A stretch of DNA of 64,000 nt from Candidatus Latescibacterota bacterium (lineage in GTDB: Bacteria; Latescibacterota; UBA2968; UBA8231): the NCBI GenBank assembly GCA_964291625.2, contig OZ220089.1, positions 1,600,001 through 1,664,000 on the forward strand, in the 5' to 3' direction. Position 1 is the stretch's first letter. Each line of letters starts with the position of its first letter. The notes below the pieces were generated by a model that worked only from the letters and a program-made list of their open reading frames with translations, was not told the DNA's origin and made no database searches. The position numbers and the translations under genes are program-made. Shown piece after piece: positions 9,652 through 19,755 of this stretch.

Positions 9652-10790
9652 CCGCCAGTCCCTCCCCGACCATGGAGCTGGTCCCCGACGAGGCCGACCG
9701 CGAGACCTACTACCTGAACATGGGGCCCCAGCACCCCTCCACCCACGGGGTGCTGCGCCTGCGCCTGCACCTGGAGGGGGAGCGCATCCTCGCCTGCGAG
9801 CCGGTCATCGGCTACGGCCACCGGGCCCACGAGAAGATGGCCGAGAACCGCGACTACCTGCAGTTCCTGCCCAACACCAGCCGCATCGACTACCTGTCGG
9901 GGATGATCTACAACCTCGGCTACTGCCAGGCGGTAGAGAAGGCGATGCAGATCGAGGTGCCCGAGCGCGCCGAGTACATCCGCGTCATCGCCGGCGAGCT
10001 GAACCGCATCTCCAGCCACCTGCTGTGGATGGGCACCTACCTGCTCGACCTGGGAGGGTTCACGCCCTTCCTCTACGCCTTCACCGACCGCGAGAAGATC
10101 CTCGACCTCCTCGACTACGTCACCGGCTCGCGCCTGACCTACTGCTACGGGCGCTTCGGCGGTGTCACCATGGACGTGGACGACGTCTTCCTGCGCAACG
10201 TCTCCGACTTCTGCGACTACTTCGAGGACCGCCTGGAGGAGTACCACAAACTGGTGACGGGCAACGTCATCTTCCGCCACCGCACCCGCGGCGTGGGGGT
10301 CATGGGCGAGGAGCTGGGCCTCGACTACGGGGTCACCGGGCCCTGCCTGCGCGCCGCCGGGATCGCCCGCGACGTGCGCAAGGACGAGCCCTACGGGATC
10401 TACGACCGCCTGGAGTTCGACGTGCCCACCGGCGCCGGCGGCGACTGCTTCGACCGCCACATGGTGCGCATGACCGAGATGGAGCAGTGCCTGCGCCTGA
10501 TCGAGCAGGCCCTGCGCGGCATCCCCGAGGGGCCGGTGCAGGCGCCGAAGGTGCCCAAGCGCATCCGGCCGCCGGCGGGGGACCACTACTTCGCCTGCGA
10601 GTCGGCCCGCGGCCACTTCGGCATCTACATCCGCAGCGACGGGACGGACATCCCGGTGCGCATGAAGATGCGCACGCCTTCCTTCGCCAACGTCTCGACC
10701 ATGCCCGCCGTGCTGCCGGGGACGATGCTGGCCGACACGGTGGCGATCCTGGGCAGCGTCGACGTCGTCATCCCCGAGATCGACCGGTAG
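9648..10790 (+). CDS. nuoD: NADH-quinone oxidoreductase subunit D
   Basis: [30 protein letters not shown]-terminal EIDR. No NiFe CxxC motifs. Confidence 0.95.
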   Translation: MTASPSPTMELVPDEADRETYYLNMGPQHPSTHGVLRLRLHLEGERILACEPVIGYGHRAHEKMAENRDYLQFLPNTSRIDYLSGMIYNLGYCQAVEKAMQIEVPERAEYIRVIAGELNRISSHLLWMGTYLLDLGGFTPFLYAFTDREKILDLLDYVTGSRLTYCYGRFGGVTMDVDDVFLRNVSDFCDYFEDRLEEYHKLVTGNVIFRHRTRGVGVMGEELGLDYGVTGPCLRAAGIARDVRKDEPYGIYDRLEFDVPTGAGGDCFDRHMVRMTEMEQCLRLIEQALRGIPEGPVQAPKVPKRIRPPAGDHYFACESARGHFGIYIRSDGTDIPVRMKMRTPSFANVSTMPAVLPGTMLADTVAILGSVDVVIPEIDR

Positions 10791-10799
10791 GCGCCGCCC

Positions 10800-11774
10800 A
10801 TGTCGACCGGCCTCGTGCAGAGCCTCCCCAACGTCTGGATCGGCGTGCTGGCGGCGACGGCGGCGATCATGGGCTTCATCACCGTCAACGCCCTGGCTCT
10901 CATCTGGCTCGAGCGCAAGGTCAGCGCCCGCATCCAGCGGCGCTACGGGCCCACCGAGGTGGGGCCCTTCGGCCTGCTGCAGACGCTGGCCGACGTGGTC
11001 AAGCTGGTCGGCAAGGAGCTGGTGACGCCGGACCACGTGCACCGCCCCCTCTACCTGACCGCCCCGGTCCTCGTCTTCGCCCCCCTGCTGGCGCTGCTGG
11101 CCCTGCTGCCGGTGGCCGAGAACTGGGTCTTCCACGACTACGACATCGCCCTGGTGCTGCTGCTGGCGTTCTCGGGCCTCAACGTGATCGGCATCTTCGC
11201 CGCCGGCTGGGGCTCCAACAACAAGTACGCCCTCCTCGGGGCGGTCCGCGCCGTGGCCCAGAACATCTCCTACGAGATCCCCCTGCTGCTGGCCGTGATC
11301 CCCGTGGTCGTCATGACCCGCTCCCTGAGCCTGCACGAGATCGGCAGCGCCCAGGCCTCCTGGCCCTTCGTGCTGGTGCAGCCCCTGGCCTTCCTCATCT
11401 ACTTCATCTCGGCCACGGCCGAGACCAACCGCGCCCCCTTCGACATCCCCGAGGCCGAGTCGGAGCTGGTGGCCGGGTTCCACACCGAGTACTCGGGGAT
11501 GCGCTTCGGCGTGTTCTTCCTGGCCGAGTTCACCCACATGGTGATCGTCTGCGCCGTGGCCACGATCCTCTTCCTCGGCGCCTGGAACGGGCCGCTGCTG
11601 CCGGGGTGGCTGTGGTTCTTCGTCAAGGTCTACGGCCTGATCCTGGTGATGATGTGGTTCCGCTGGACCTTCCCGCGCCTGCGCTTCGACCAGCTCATGA
11701 CCTTCGCCTGGGCGGTGCTGGTGCCGCTGGCCCTGATCAACCTGCTCGTGACCACCGTGGTCCTGAAACTGTGA
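10800..11774 (+). CDS. nuoH: NADH-quinone oxidoreductase subunit H
   Basis: ERKVSARIQRRYGP, ETNRAPFDIPEAESELVAGFHTEYSG, PRLRFDQLM. Confidence 0.95.
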   Translation: MSTGLVQSLPNVWIGVLAATAAIMGFITVNALALIWLERKVSARIQRRYGPTEVGPFGLLQTLADVVKLVGKELVTPDHVHRPLYLTAPVLVFAPLLALLALLPVAENWVFHDYDIALVLLLAFSGLNVIGIFAAGWGSNNKYALLGAVRAVAQNISYEIPLLLAVIPVVVMTRSLSLHEIGSAQASWPFVLVQPLAFLIYFISATAETNRAPFDIPEAESELVAGFHTEYSGMRFGVFFLAEFTHMVIVCAVATILFLGAWNGPLLPGWLWFFVKVYGLILVMMWFRWTFPRLRFDQLMTFAWAVLVPLALINLLVTTVVLKL

Positions 11775-11784
11775 GACGGGGAAC

Positions 11785-12348
11785 ATGCTGAGACAGACCT
11801 TCCTCGGCGCCTGGTCGCTGCTGACGGGGATGAAGGTGACCCTGCAGCACGTCTTCCGGCCGCCCTTGACCTCCCAGTACCCGCGCGAGCGGATCGAGAT
11901 GACGAAGGCCTTCCGCAACGTCATCGCCCTCATCGAGATCGAGGGCATCGGCTCCCACGACTGCATCGACTGCGGCGCCTGCGAGCGCGTCTGTCCCTCG
12001 GACTGCATCTACATCGAGGGCGAGCGCCCCGAGGGCATGAAGCGCAGGCGGGCTACCAAGTTCGACGTCGACTTCGCCCTCTGCTCGGAGTGCGGACTCT
12101 GCCTCGACGTCTGCCCCACCGACACCCTGGGATACGTCCGCGAGTACGACCAGGCCGGGTACCAGCGCGGCGACTTCCTCTACGACCTGATGATCCCGTG
12201 GCGGGAGGGGGAGCCCGAGGCCCGGGAGCGCCTGCGGGCCCTGGAGGCAGAGCAGGCGGCGGCCAGGAAGGCGGCGGCCGCCAAGCGCAAGGCCGCGGCG
12301 GCCAAAGCCAAGGCGGAGCCCGCGGCCGAGGCCGGTCCGGAGAGCTGA
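11785..12348 (+). CDS. nuoI: NADH-quinone oxidoreductase subunit I
   Basis: Two CxxCxxCxxxCP 4Fe-4S motifs; QYP near the N-terminus. Confidence 0.93.
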   Translation: MLRQTFLGAWSLLTGMKVTLQHVFRPPLTSQYPRERIEMTKAFRNVIALIEIEGIGSHDCIDCGACERVCPSDCIYIEGERPEGMKRRRATKFDVDFALCSECGLCLDVCPTDTLGYVREYDQAGYQRGDFLYDLMIPWREGEPEARERLRALEAEQAAARKAAAAKRKAAAAKAKAEPAAEAGPES

Positions 12349-12352
12349 GCGG

Positions 12353-12862
12353 GTGCTGGAGCAGAACGCCCCGTTCCTCTTCGCCGCCCTGGTCCTGGCG
12401 GGAGGTCTCGCCGCCGCCTGGGCGCGCCACATCCTCTACGCCATCATCGGCCTCGGCGTCAGCCTCTTCGGCGTGGCCGGGCTGTTCCTGCTGCTGGGCA
12501 GCCCCTTCGTGGCGGCGATGCAGCTGCTCATCTACATCGGCGGCATCACCGTGGCCATCGTCTTCGCCATGATGCTCTCCATCGCCATGACCGTGGCGCC
12601 GGCGCCGCGCAACCGCCTCAAGGCGGTCTTTGCCGGGGTCTGCGCCGTCGCCTTCGGGGCCGCCGTGCTGCCGCTGCTGCGGGCGGCGCCCTTCGAGGCC
12701 CGGGCGGCGGCGGCCCCCCTCGAGACCTGGCCCGTGGCCGGCATCGGCCACGCCCTGCTGACCCACTACAACCTCGTCTTCGAGACCCTGTCGGTGGTGC
12801 TGCTGCTGGCCATCATCGGCGCCATCCTGATCGCCCGCTCGGGGCGGGAGCCGGCGCCGTGA
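12353..12862 (+). CDS. nuoJ: NADH-quinone oxidoreductase subunit J
   Basis: QLLIYIGGI, FETLSVVLLLAIIGAI; operon position. Confidence 0.92.
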   Translation: MLEQNAPFLFAALVLAGGLAAAWARHILYAIIGLGVSLFGVAGLFLLLGSPFVAAMQLLIYIGGITVAIVFAMMLSIAMTVAPAPRNRLKAVFAGVCAVAFGAAVLPLLRAAPFEARAAAAPLETWPVAGIGHALLTHYNLVFETLSVVLLLAIIGAILIARSGREPAP

Positions 12863-13164
12863 GCCTGGAGGGCTACCTGCTGGTCGGCCTCGCCCTTTTC
12901 TGCCTGGGGCTGTACGCGGTGATCGCCCAGCGCAACCTGATCGCCGTGCTCATCGGCGTCGAGCTGATGATGAACGCCGCCAGCCTCAACATCATGGCCT
13001 TCAACCGCTTCTGCGTCACCGACCCGAGCACGGGGCAGGTCTTCGTGCTCATCATCATCGGCCTGGCGGCGGCGGAGGTGGCCATCTTCCTGTCGATCAT
13101 CCTCAACCTCTACCGCCTGCGCCGCGACATCGACGTCGAGCAGCTCACCGCGCTGAAGGGCTGA
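12859..13164 (+). CDS. nuoK: NADH-quinone oxidoreductase subunit K
   Basis: RNLI..LIGVELMMNA, GQVF, AAAEVA, LKG ending. Confidence 0.94.
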   Translation: MSLEGYLLVGLALFCLGLYAVIAQRNLIAVLIGVELMMNAASLNIMAFNRFCVTDPSTGQVFVLIIIGLAAAEVAIFLSIILNLYRLRRDIDVEQLTALKG

Positions 13165-13166
13165 CC

Positions 13167-15014
13167 GTGGACACCCTGACCCTCGCCCTGGCCACCACCT
13201 TCGCGCCCTTCGCCGCCTGCGTCGTGGCCCTGCTGTTCCTGGTGGGGCGGCCGCGGCTGGCGCAGGCCGTGGTCGTGGCCGGCGGCGCCGTCTCCCTGCT
13301 GGGGGCGCTGGCGCTGCTGATGGCCGGCCCGGTGGAGCCGCTGCGCTTCCTGTGGTTCACCAGCGGGCCGGTGGAGCTGCGCTTCGGGTTCTGGCTCGAC
13401 GGGCTGAGCCTGATCTTCGGCGCCGCCGTCGCCCTGGTGACCCTGTGCGTCATGGTCTACTCGGTGGGCTACATGGGCGGCGACCCCGGGCGGACCCGCT
13501 ACTTCGCCCTGCTCGGCCTCTTCGAGTGGTCAATGCTCAGCTTCGTCTACGCCGTCGACCTGCTGCAGTCCTTCATCTTCTGGGAGCTGGTCGGCCTCTC
13601 CTCCTTCTTCCTCATCGGGTTCTGGTACGAGAAGCCCGCCGCCCGCGACGCGGCGACCAAGGCCTTCGTCATGACCCGCATCGGCGACGTGGGCCTGTTC
13701 ATCGGCCTGCTGATGATCCTGCACGTGGCCGGCGGCTTCGACATCCCCACCCTGCTGGACCCGCAGTCGGGGATGGTGCGCACGGCGGCGCCCCTGCTGC
13801 TGACCGTCGTCACCCTGCTGATCTTCGCCGGCATCGCCGGCAAGAGCGCCCAGCTGCCCCTGCACACCTGGCTGCCCGACGCCATGGAGGGCCCCACGCC
13901 GGTGAGCGCCCTGCTGCACTCGGCGACGATGGTCGCCGCCGGCGTCTTCCTCATGGCCCGCCTGCACCCCCTGTTCATGGCCGCGGACCATGGGCCCACC
14001 GTGATCCTGGCGATCTCGGCCCTCACTGCGTTGGTGGCGGCGACCATGGCCATGGTGGAGCGCGACATCAAGCGGGTCCTGGCCTACTCGTCGATCTCGC
14101 AGCTCGGCTTCATGCTCATGGGGCTGGCCGCCGGCAGCCTCTTCGCCGGCGTCTTCCACCTGGTGACCCACGCCTTCTTCAAGTCGCTCCTCTTCCTGTG
14201 CTCGGGGCTCTTCATCCACCACTGCGGGACCAACGACATGGAGGGGATCGGGCGCGGCGGCGGACGGCGGCTGCGTTTCGCCACGGTCGGCCTGGCGGCC
14301 GGCGGCGCCGCCCTGGCGGGGGTGCCGCCCCTCTCCGGGTTCTTCAGCAAGGAGGAGATCTTCGCCAGCCTCGGCCACGGCGGCGGCGTGGTGGCGACGG
14401 CAGCCTACGCGGCGGCCCTCCTGGCGGCGCTGCTGACCGCCTACTACACCTTCCGCATGATCTTCCTGGTGACGCGGCCGGAGCGGATCGAGGCGGAGAG
14501 CGGGGACGGCCACCACGAGGGTCGCGCCGAGCCCTGGGTCATGGCCTTGCCGGTGGCCGTGCTCACCCTGGGGTCGGTGATCGCCGGCTTCTGGGGGCGG
14601 GAGATCGCCGCCGGCCTCGGCGTGGCGGCCGCGCCCCACGGCCTGGCGACGATGGCGCCGGCCCTGGCGGTGGTCGCCCTCGGCGTCCTGTGGGCCTGGC
14701 TCGACTTCGGCCGCGCCGGGGCGCCGCGCACCGGCTCGATCCGCCGCGTGCCGGCGCTGCAGACGTTGTTCGCCCGGCAGTGGTACGTGGACGCCCTCTA
14801 CCGCGCCGTGATCGTGCGCCTCACCCTGGTCGCCGCCCGGGTCCTGCACGCCTTCGAGGTGAGGGGCCTGGACCTGAACTTCGAGCGCTTCGGCTTCGGC
14901 ATCCTCGGCGCCGGCACCGGCTCGACGCGCCTGCAGACCGGCTGGGTCCAGTTCTACGGCGGCTGGGCCGTGGTCCTCGTGGGCCTCGCCGCCGCCTGGC
15001 TGGGGCTGCGCTGA
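13167..15014 (+). CDS. nuoL: NADH-quinone oxidoreductase subunit L
   Basis: GKSAQLPLHTWLPDAMEGPTPVSALLHSATMV, DIKRVLAYS, HAFFK. Confidence 0.95.
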   Translation: MDTLTLALATTFAPFAACVVALLFLVGRPRLAQAVVVAGGAVSLLGALALLMAGPVEPLRFLWFTSGPVELRFGFWLDGLSLIFGAAVALVTLCVMVYSVGYMGGDPGRTRYFALLGLFEWSMLSFVYAVDLLQSFIFWELVGLSSFFLIGFWYEKPAARDAATKAFVMTRIGDVGLFIGLLMILHVAGGFDIPTLLDPQSGMVRTAAPLLLTVVTLLIFAGIAGKSAQLPLHTWLPDAMEGPTPVSALLHSATMVAAGVFLMARLHPLFMAADHGPTVILAISALTALVAATMAMVERDIKRVLAYSSISQLGFMLMGLAAGSLFAGVFHLVTHAFFKSLLFLCSGLFIHHCGTNDMEGIGRGGGRRLRFATVGLAAGGAALAGVPPLSGFFSKEEIFASLGHGGGVVATAAYAAALLAALLTAYYTFRMIFLVTRPERIEAESGDGHHEGRAEPWVMALPVAVLTLGSVIAGFWGREIAAGLGVAAAPHGLATMAPALAVVALGVLWAWLDFGRAGAPRTGSIRRVPALQTLFARQWYVDALYRAVIVRLTLVAARVLHAFEVRGLDLNFERFGFGILGAGTGSTRLQTGWVQFYGGWAVVLVGLAAAWLGLR

Positions 15015-15034
15015 TGCGCAGGGGTCCCTGATCG

Positions 15035-16510
15035 ATGCCGGTCCTCACCGCCATCCTCCTGTGCCCCGCGGCGGCCCTCGTGCTGGTCCTGCTCGTGCCG
15101 GCCGGCGCCCGCACCGCGGTGCGCTGGATCAGCCTGCTGTCGTCGCTGGTGGCCACCGGGCTCAGCCTGCAGGTGTGGCTCGGCTACGACGCCGCCGCCG
15201 GGGACATGCAGTTCGTCGAGCGCATCCCCTGGGTGGAAGCCCTCGGCATCTCCTACCACCTCGCCGTAGACGGCTTCACCACCATCCTGGTGATGCTCAA
15301 CTCCATCGTCTACCTCACCGGCGTCCTCACCATGTGGGACCTCGAGGAGCGCGTGAAGGGGTTCTTCGCCTTCATGCTGCTGCTGGTGGTCGGCGTCTAC
15401 GGCGTCTTCCTCTCCCAGGACCTGTTCTTCCTGTTCTTCTTCTACGAGGTCGCCGTGGTGCCCATGTATCCCCTGATCCTGATCTGGGGCTCGGGCCACC
15501 GCGAGTACGCGGCGATGAAGCTGATGCTCTTCCTGCTGGCCGGCTCGGCCCTGCTCTTCCCGGCCCTGCTGTCGATCTACCACGCCTCCGGCCTCAACAC
15601 CTTCGACATGGTCGTCCTGTCGCGGCACGCCTTCGACCCGGACTTCCAGATCTTCGTCTACCCCTTCGTCTTCGTCGGCTTCGGCGTCCTCGCCGGCCTC
15701 TTCCCCTTCCACGGGTGGTCGCCCACGGGCCACGTGGCGGCGCCCTCGGCGGTGTCGATGCTGCACGCCGGGGTGCTGATGAAGCTGGGCGCCTACGGCA
15801 TCCTGGCCGCCGGCATCCGCATCCTGCCGATCGGCGCCGTGCACTGGGCGCCGGTCTTCGCGGTGCTCGCCGCCGTGGGGGTCGTGTACGGGGCCTTCGT
15901 GGCCATGCGCCAGAGCGACTTCAAGTTCGTCGTCGGCTTCTCCTCGGTCTCGCACATGGGCATCGTCATCCTCGGCCTCAACCTCGCCGTCCTCGGCAAG
16001 GCCGGGGCCGACGCCCTCAACGGCGCCGTCTTCCAGATGTTCGCCCACGGCATCATGACGGCCCTGTTCTTCTCCATCGTCGGCTTCATCTACGACCGCT
16101 CCCACTCCAAGACGATCTCCGACTTCGGGGGCCTCGGGTCGCAGATGCCGCGGGCCGTCTCGGTCTTCATCGTCGCCGGCCTGTGCGGCGCCGGCATGCC
16201 GGGGCTGGCCAGCTTCTGGGCCGAGCTGCTCGTCTTCCTGGCGGCCCTCAAGACCTACCCGGTCATGGGCGTGGCCGTCATCGCCGGCCTCGTGCTCACC
16301 GCGGTCTACGTCCTGCGCGTGTTCTCCCTCGCCTTCTTCGGCCCCGTCAACGAGCGCTGGAACGGCCTGCGCGACCTCGACCTGACGGGCGTGCACCTGG
16401 TGCCGAGGGCGATCCTGATCGCCGTGCTCCTGCTCTTCGGCTTCTATCCGCGGGCCCTGCTCGACGTGATCGACGGCACCACGGCAGCCATGATCGCCGG
16501 CTTCCGATGA
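15035..16510 (+). CDS. nuoM: NADH-quinone oxidoreductase subunit M
   Basis: FPFHGWSP..HVAAP, LMKLGAYG, SSVSHMG, AHG, PGLASF.AE. Confidence 0.94.
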   Translation: MPVLTAILLCPAAALVLVLLVPAGARTAVRWISLLSSLVATGLSLQVWLGYDAAAGDMQFVERIPWVEALGISYHLAVDGFTTILVMLNSIVYLTGVLTMWDLEERVKGFFAFMLLLVVGVYGVFLSQDLFFLFFFYEVAVVPMYPLILIWGSGHREYAAMKLMLFLLAGSALLFPALLSIYHASGLNTFDMVVLSRHAFDPDFQIFVYPFVFVGFGVLAGLFPFHGWSPTGHVAAPSAVSMLHAGVLMKLGAYGILAAGIRILPIGAVHWAPVFAVLAAVGVVYGAFVAMRQSDFKFVVGFSSVSHMGIVILGLNLAVLGKAGADALNGAVFQMFAHGIMTALFFSIVGFIYDRSHSKTISDFGGLGSQMPRAVSVFIVAGLCGAGMPGLASFWAELLVFLAALKTYPVMGVAVIAGLVLTAVYVLRVFSLAFFGPVNERWNGLRDLDLTGVHLVPRAILIAVLLLFGFYPRALLDVIDGTTAAMIAGFR

Positions 16511-17934
16511 CCGACTTCATCCTCTTCCTGCCCGAGACGGTCTGCCTGCTGGCGGCGCTGGCCGTGTTCGTGGCCCAGGTGGCCGGGGCCCGCTACACCG
16601 TGGCCTGGGGCCTGTCCCTGGCCGGGGGCCTGGCGGCGGTGGCCGCCTGCATCCACACCTGGCCCCTGTCGGGGGAGCCCTTCTTCCCCGGCATCTACCG
16701 CGTCGACTTCTTCTCGCAGCTGGTGAAGACCTTCCTCGCCGCCGGCTTCCTGGTGGTGGCTGCCGTGGCCCGGCAGCCGCGCACGACCCGCGAGGAGGCG
16801 TGGCCGGAGCTGCCCCTCTTCCTGCTGCTGAGCACGGTGGGGATGATGATGCTGGTGAGCGCCACCGAACTGCTCACCCTCTACATCTCCATGGAGCTGT
16901 CCGCCTACCCGCTCTACGTCGCCGTGGCCCTGCACCGCAGCCGCGCCGTGAGCGGCGAGAGCTCGACCAAGTACATGGTGCAGGGGATGGTGGCCTCGGC
17001 CGTATCGCTCTACGGGCTCAGCTTCCTCTTCGGCCTGGCGGAATCGACCTACTTCGTCGACATCGCCGACCAGCTCCCCACGCTGTCCCAACAGCCCCTG
17101 TTCTGGCTGGCCCTGCTGCTGGCCCTGGCCGGCTTCTTCTTCAAGCTCGCCGTCTTCCCCTTCCACTTCTGGGCGCCCGACACCTACCAGACGGCGTCCC
17201 ACGAGGTGGCGGCCTTCATCGCCTCGGCGTCGAAGGTGGCCGCCGTGGCCGTCCTCTGCCGCATCGTCTCCCTGACCATGCCCCAGGAGGACCCGGCCGC
17301 CGCCCGGGCGGTGCTCATGTGGATGAGCGTCCTGGCCATGACCCTGGGCAACCTGGCGGCCCTGCGGCAGGGGGACTTCAAGCGCCTCCTCGGGTACTCC
17401 GCCGTGGCCCACGGCGGCTATGCCCTGATCGGCGTGCAGACCCTGGACGGCGCGGGTCTCACCTCGGCCCTGTTCTACGGCCTCGGGTACGCCGCCGTCT
17501 CCTTCCTCTGCTTCCTGGTGGTCTGCGAGGTCGCCCGCGACCGGGACCTCGTCACCATCGACTCCCTGGCCGGGCTCCACCGGCGCTCGCCGGTGCTGGC
17601 GGCGCTGCTGCTCGTGGGCCTGCTCGGCCTGATCGGACTGCCGCCGACGGTCGGCTTCACCGGCAAGTGGTTCCTGTTCTCGGCGGCGATCGCCCAGGGC
17701 CAGTTCGCCCTCGTCCTGGTGGCCGCCGTCAACTCGGCGGTGGCCCTCTACTACTACCTGCTGGTGATGCGCCAGGCCTACTTCGCCCCGGCCGAGGACG
17801 AGGCGCCCCTGCGCGCCGGCGGCGCCTCGCTGGCGGCGGCGGCGGCGGCCACGTTGGTGGTGCTGGCCATGGGGGCGGCGCCCGGGTGGTTCTGGGACCG
17901 GTCGGCGGAGGCGGTGGCGGCGCTGTTGGGGTGA
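16507..17934 (+). CDS. nuoN: NADH-quinone oxidoreductase subunit N
   Basis: FKLAVFPFHFWAPDTY, KRLLGYS, GLPPTVGFTGK. Confidence 0.94.
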   Translation: MTDFILFLPETVCLLAALAVFVAQVAGARYTVAWGLSLAGGLAAVAACIHTWPLSGEPFFPGIYRVDFFSQLVKTFLAAGFLVVAAVARQPRTTREEAWPELPLFLLLSTVGMMMLVSATELLTLYISMELSAYPLYVAVALHRSRAVSGESSTKYMVQGMVASAVSLYGLSFLFGLAESTYFVDIADQLPTLSQQPLFWLALLLALAGFFFKLAVFPFHFWAPDTYQTASHEVAAFIASASKVAAVAVLCRIVSLTMPQEDPAAARAVLMWMSVLAMTLGNLAALRQGDFKRLLGYSAVAHGGYALIGVQTLDGAGLTSALFYGLGYAAVSFLCFLVVCEVARDRDLVTIDSLAGLHRRSPVLAALLLVGLLGLIGLPPTVGFTGKWFLFSAAIAQGQFALVLVAAVNSAVALYYYLLVMRQAYFAPAEDEAPLRAGGASLAAAAAATLVVLAMGAAPGWFWDRSAEAVAALLG

Positions 17935-18794
17935 ACCCCGTCGCGATTCCCGAACGGCTCGAGACCGGTTTCCGCGGGCGGACCGATGGCGCCGCGTGGC
18001 TGGATCGGTTGCCCGGAGCCATCCGCGCTCTCGCACAGCGCTGGTCCCTGACCCTTGGCGCACCCTATGAGGGAGCGAGCTGTTCCTGGGTGGCACCCTG
18101 TACCCGGGGAGATGGCTCACCGGCGGTGCTGAAGGTCGGTTGGCCGCACATGGAGGCCCGGGACGAGATCGACGGCCTGCTGCTCTGGGACGGCGATCCG
18201 ACCGTAAGGGTCCTGGAGGCCGACCGCGAGCTGAACGCCATGCTCCTCGAACGCTGCGAGCCGGGGGCAGCCCTGCGAGAGCGGCCGGAGGAGGAGCAGG
18301 ATCGGGTCGTGGCAGGACTGCTGAAGAGACTGTGGCGCGCGGCCCCTGACTCGGGCGTTTTCCGGCCGCTGTCGGAGATGATCGCCGAGTGGACCCGGGA
18401 GTCCGAGGAGAGAGCAGACCTCTTGCCCGACGCGGGACTCGCCAGGGAGGGGTTGCGCATCTACCGGGCGCTGCTGGCCGATGCGCCTGGGGATGTCCTG
18501 CTGGCGACCGATCTGCACGCGGGCAACGTCCTTCGGGCGCAACGCGAGCCGTGGCTCGTCATCGATCCCAAGCCGTTCGTCGGAGATCCCGCCTACGACG
18601 CGACCCAGCATCTGCTGAACTGTCCCGGCCGGTTGCGCGCGAGACCGGGCCCCACCATCGGCCGGTTCTCCGACCTGCTCGGCGTCGACCGCGAGCGCGT
18701 CCGGCTCTGGACCCTCGCCCGGCTTGCGTCCGATCCGTGGGAGCCCCGGAATGAATCGCAGGCCCTGGCGCGGAGGGTGTTGTCGGCCTGGTGA
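17931..18794 (+). CDS. aminoglycoside/hydroxyurea kinase (APH(6)/StrB-like)
   Basis: AVLKVG, LLER, TDLHAGNVL, WLVIDPKPFVGDPAYD. GTGA overlap with the nuoN stop. Confidence 0.85.
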   Translation: MNPVAIPERLETGFRGRTDGAAWLDRLPGAIRALAQRWSLTLGAPYEGASCSWVAPCTRGDGSPAVLKVGWPHMEARDEIDGLLLWDGDPTVRVLEADRELNAMLLERCEPGAALRERPEEEQDRVVAGLLKRLWRAAPDSGVFRPLSEMIAEWTRESEERADLLPDAGLAREGLRIYRALLADAPGDVLLATDLHAGNVLRAQREPWLVIDPKPFVGDPAYDATQHLLNCPGRLRARPGPTIGRFSDLLGVDRERVRLWTLARLASDPWEPRNESQALARRVLSAW

Positions 18795-18934
18795 AAGGCC
18801 AGCCCAACGGCCCGACGGAGGCTCACGGCGAGCCGGGCTCTGCAGGTCCGCCGACAGCATGGCCGGCCGGCGGATCATGCGGACCGAGGGCGGGCTCCTT
18901 CCCACTGTTCACGGCGATCGAGTAGATTCGTGGC

Positions 18935-19735
18935 ATGGACCGCGAGACTCTGCTGAACCACATCCGGGCGACCCACTTCGAGTCGGGCGACCGCGAGCTG
19001 GCGTTGTCCGATGCGCGGCGCATCGCGGCCTACCTGGTTGAACAGGGGGCGAGCCGGGTCGTCGGCATCGGATCCGCCTTCGAGCCGTCCCGGCCGTTCA
19101 CGGACCGCTCGGACATCGACCTCGTCGTCGAGGGCATCGAGCCGGCCCGTTTCTTCTCGGTCTCCGCCGGCGCCGCCGCCATGACCGATTTCAGGCTGGA
19201 CCTGACCCCCCTGGAGGTGGCCACGGAGGCCTTGCGCCGCGTCGTCAGGGAGAGCGGACGTCGAGACGTTGGGCGTGAAGACGTGGCTCGCAGGCTTGCC
19301 ACGGTAATCGAATCCGAGTTGGCCGGCCTGACGGCCCTGGACGAGGAGCTCGCCAGGACCCCACGGCGGGACGACACCTATTTCCTGAGGGCCCGCGGCT
19401 CGATTCTCCACGACTTCTACAACGGCGTCGAACGCGTCTTCCTTCGCATCGCGCGGGAACTCAATGGAGGGGTGCCGCGGGGGGACCAGTGGCATCGGGA
19501 CCTCCTCGACGACATGACCCTCGAAATCCCCGAGGTCCGCCCGGCTGTCATCGATCAGGATCTTGCCAGGGCTCTCGGGGACTTCCTCCGATTCCGGCAT
19601 CTCTTCCGGAACGTCTACGGCGGCGTCCTGGATGCGGAGCGGATGGCGTCCCTGGAAGAGCGGCTGCCGGAGACTCTCGCTGCCTTTCGGAAGCGGGTCC
19701 AGGCGTTCGTCGCGTGGATGCTGGACCCGGGTTGA
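18935..19735 (+). CDS. MNT nucleotidyltransferase + HEPN (HepT-like) toxin-antitoxin, read as one ORF
   Basis: N-half GIGS...SDIDL (minimal nucleotidyltransferase). C-half LHDFYNGVERVF...WHRDLL...FRHLFRNVY (HepT-like HEPN). Confidence 0.82.
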   Translation: MDRETLLNHIRATHFESGDRELALSDARRIAAYLVEQGASRVVGIGSAFEPSRPFTDRSDIDLVVEGIEPARFFSVSAGAAAMTDFRLDLTPLEVATEALRRVVRESGRRDVGREDVARRLATVIESELAGLTALDEELARTPRRDDTYFLRARGSILHDFYNGVERVFLRIARELNGGVPRGDQWHRDLLDDMTLEIPEVRPAVIDQDLARALGDFLRFRHLFRNVYGGVLDAERMASLEERLPETLAAFRKRVQAFVAWMLDPG

Positions 19736-19755
19736 ACAGGCCCCTTGCCTGACCG

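Noticed and set aside
9648-10790. Group 4 NiFe hydrogenase large subunit
   Set aside because: No N- or C-terminal CxxC motifs; it has the NuoD quinone-site GPQHPSTHG motif.
9351-18120. Long minus-strand and alternate-frame ORFs over the nuo operon (and similar ones elsewhere)
   Set aside because: High-GC stop-poor shadows, Arg/Pro/Gly-rich, with no recognisable motifs.
17931-18794. Bona fide streptomycin resistance gene
   Set aside because: Only family-level similarity; the usual HGD motif reads TD, and the substrate cannot be inferred.
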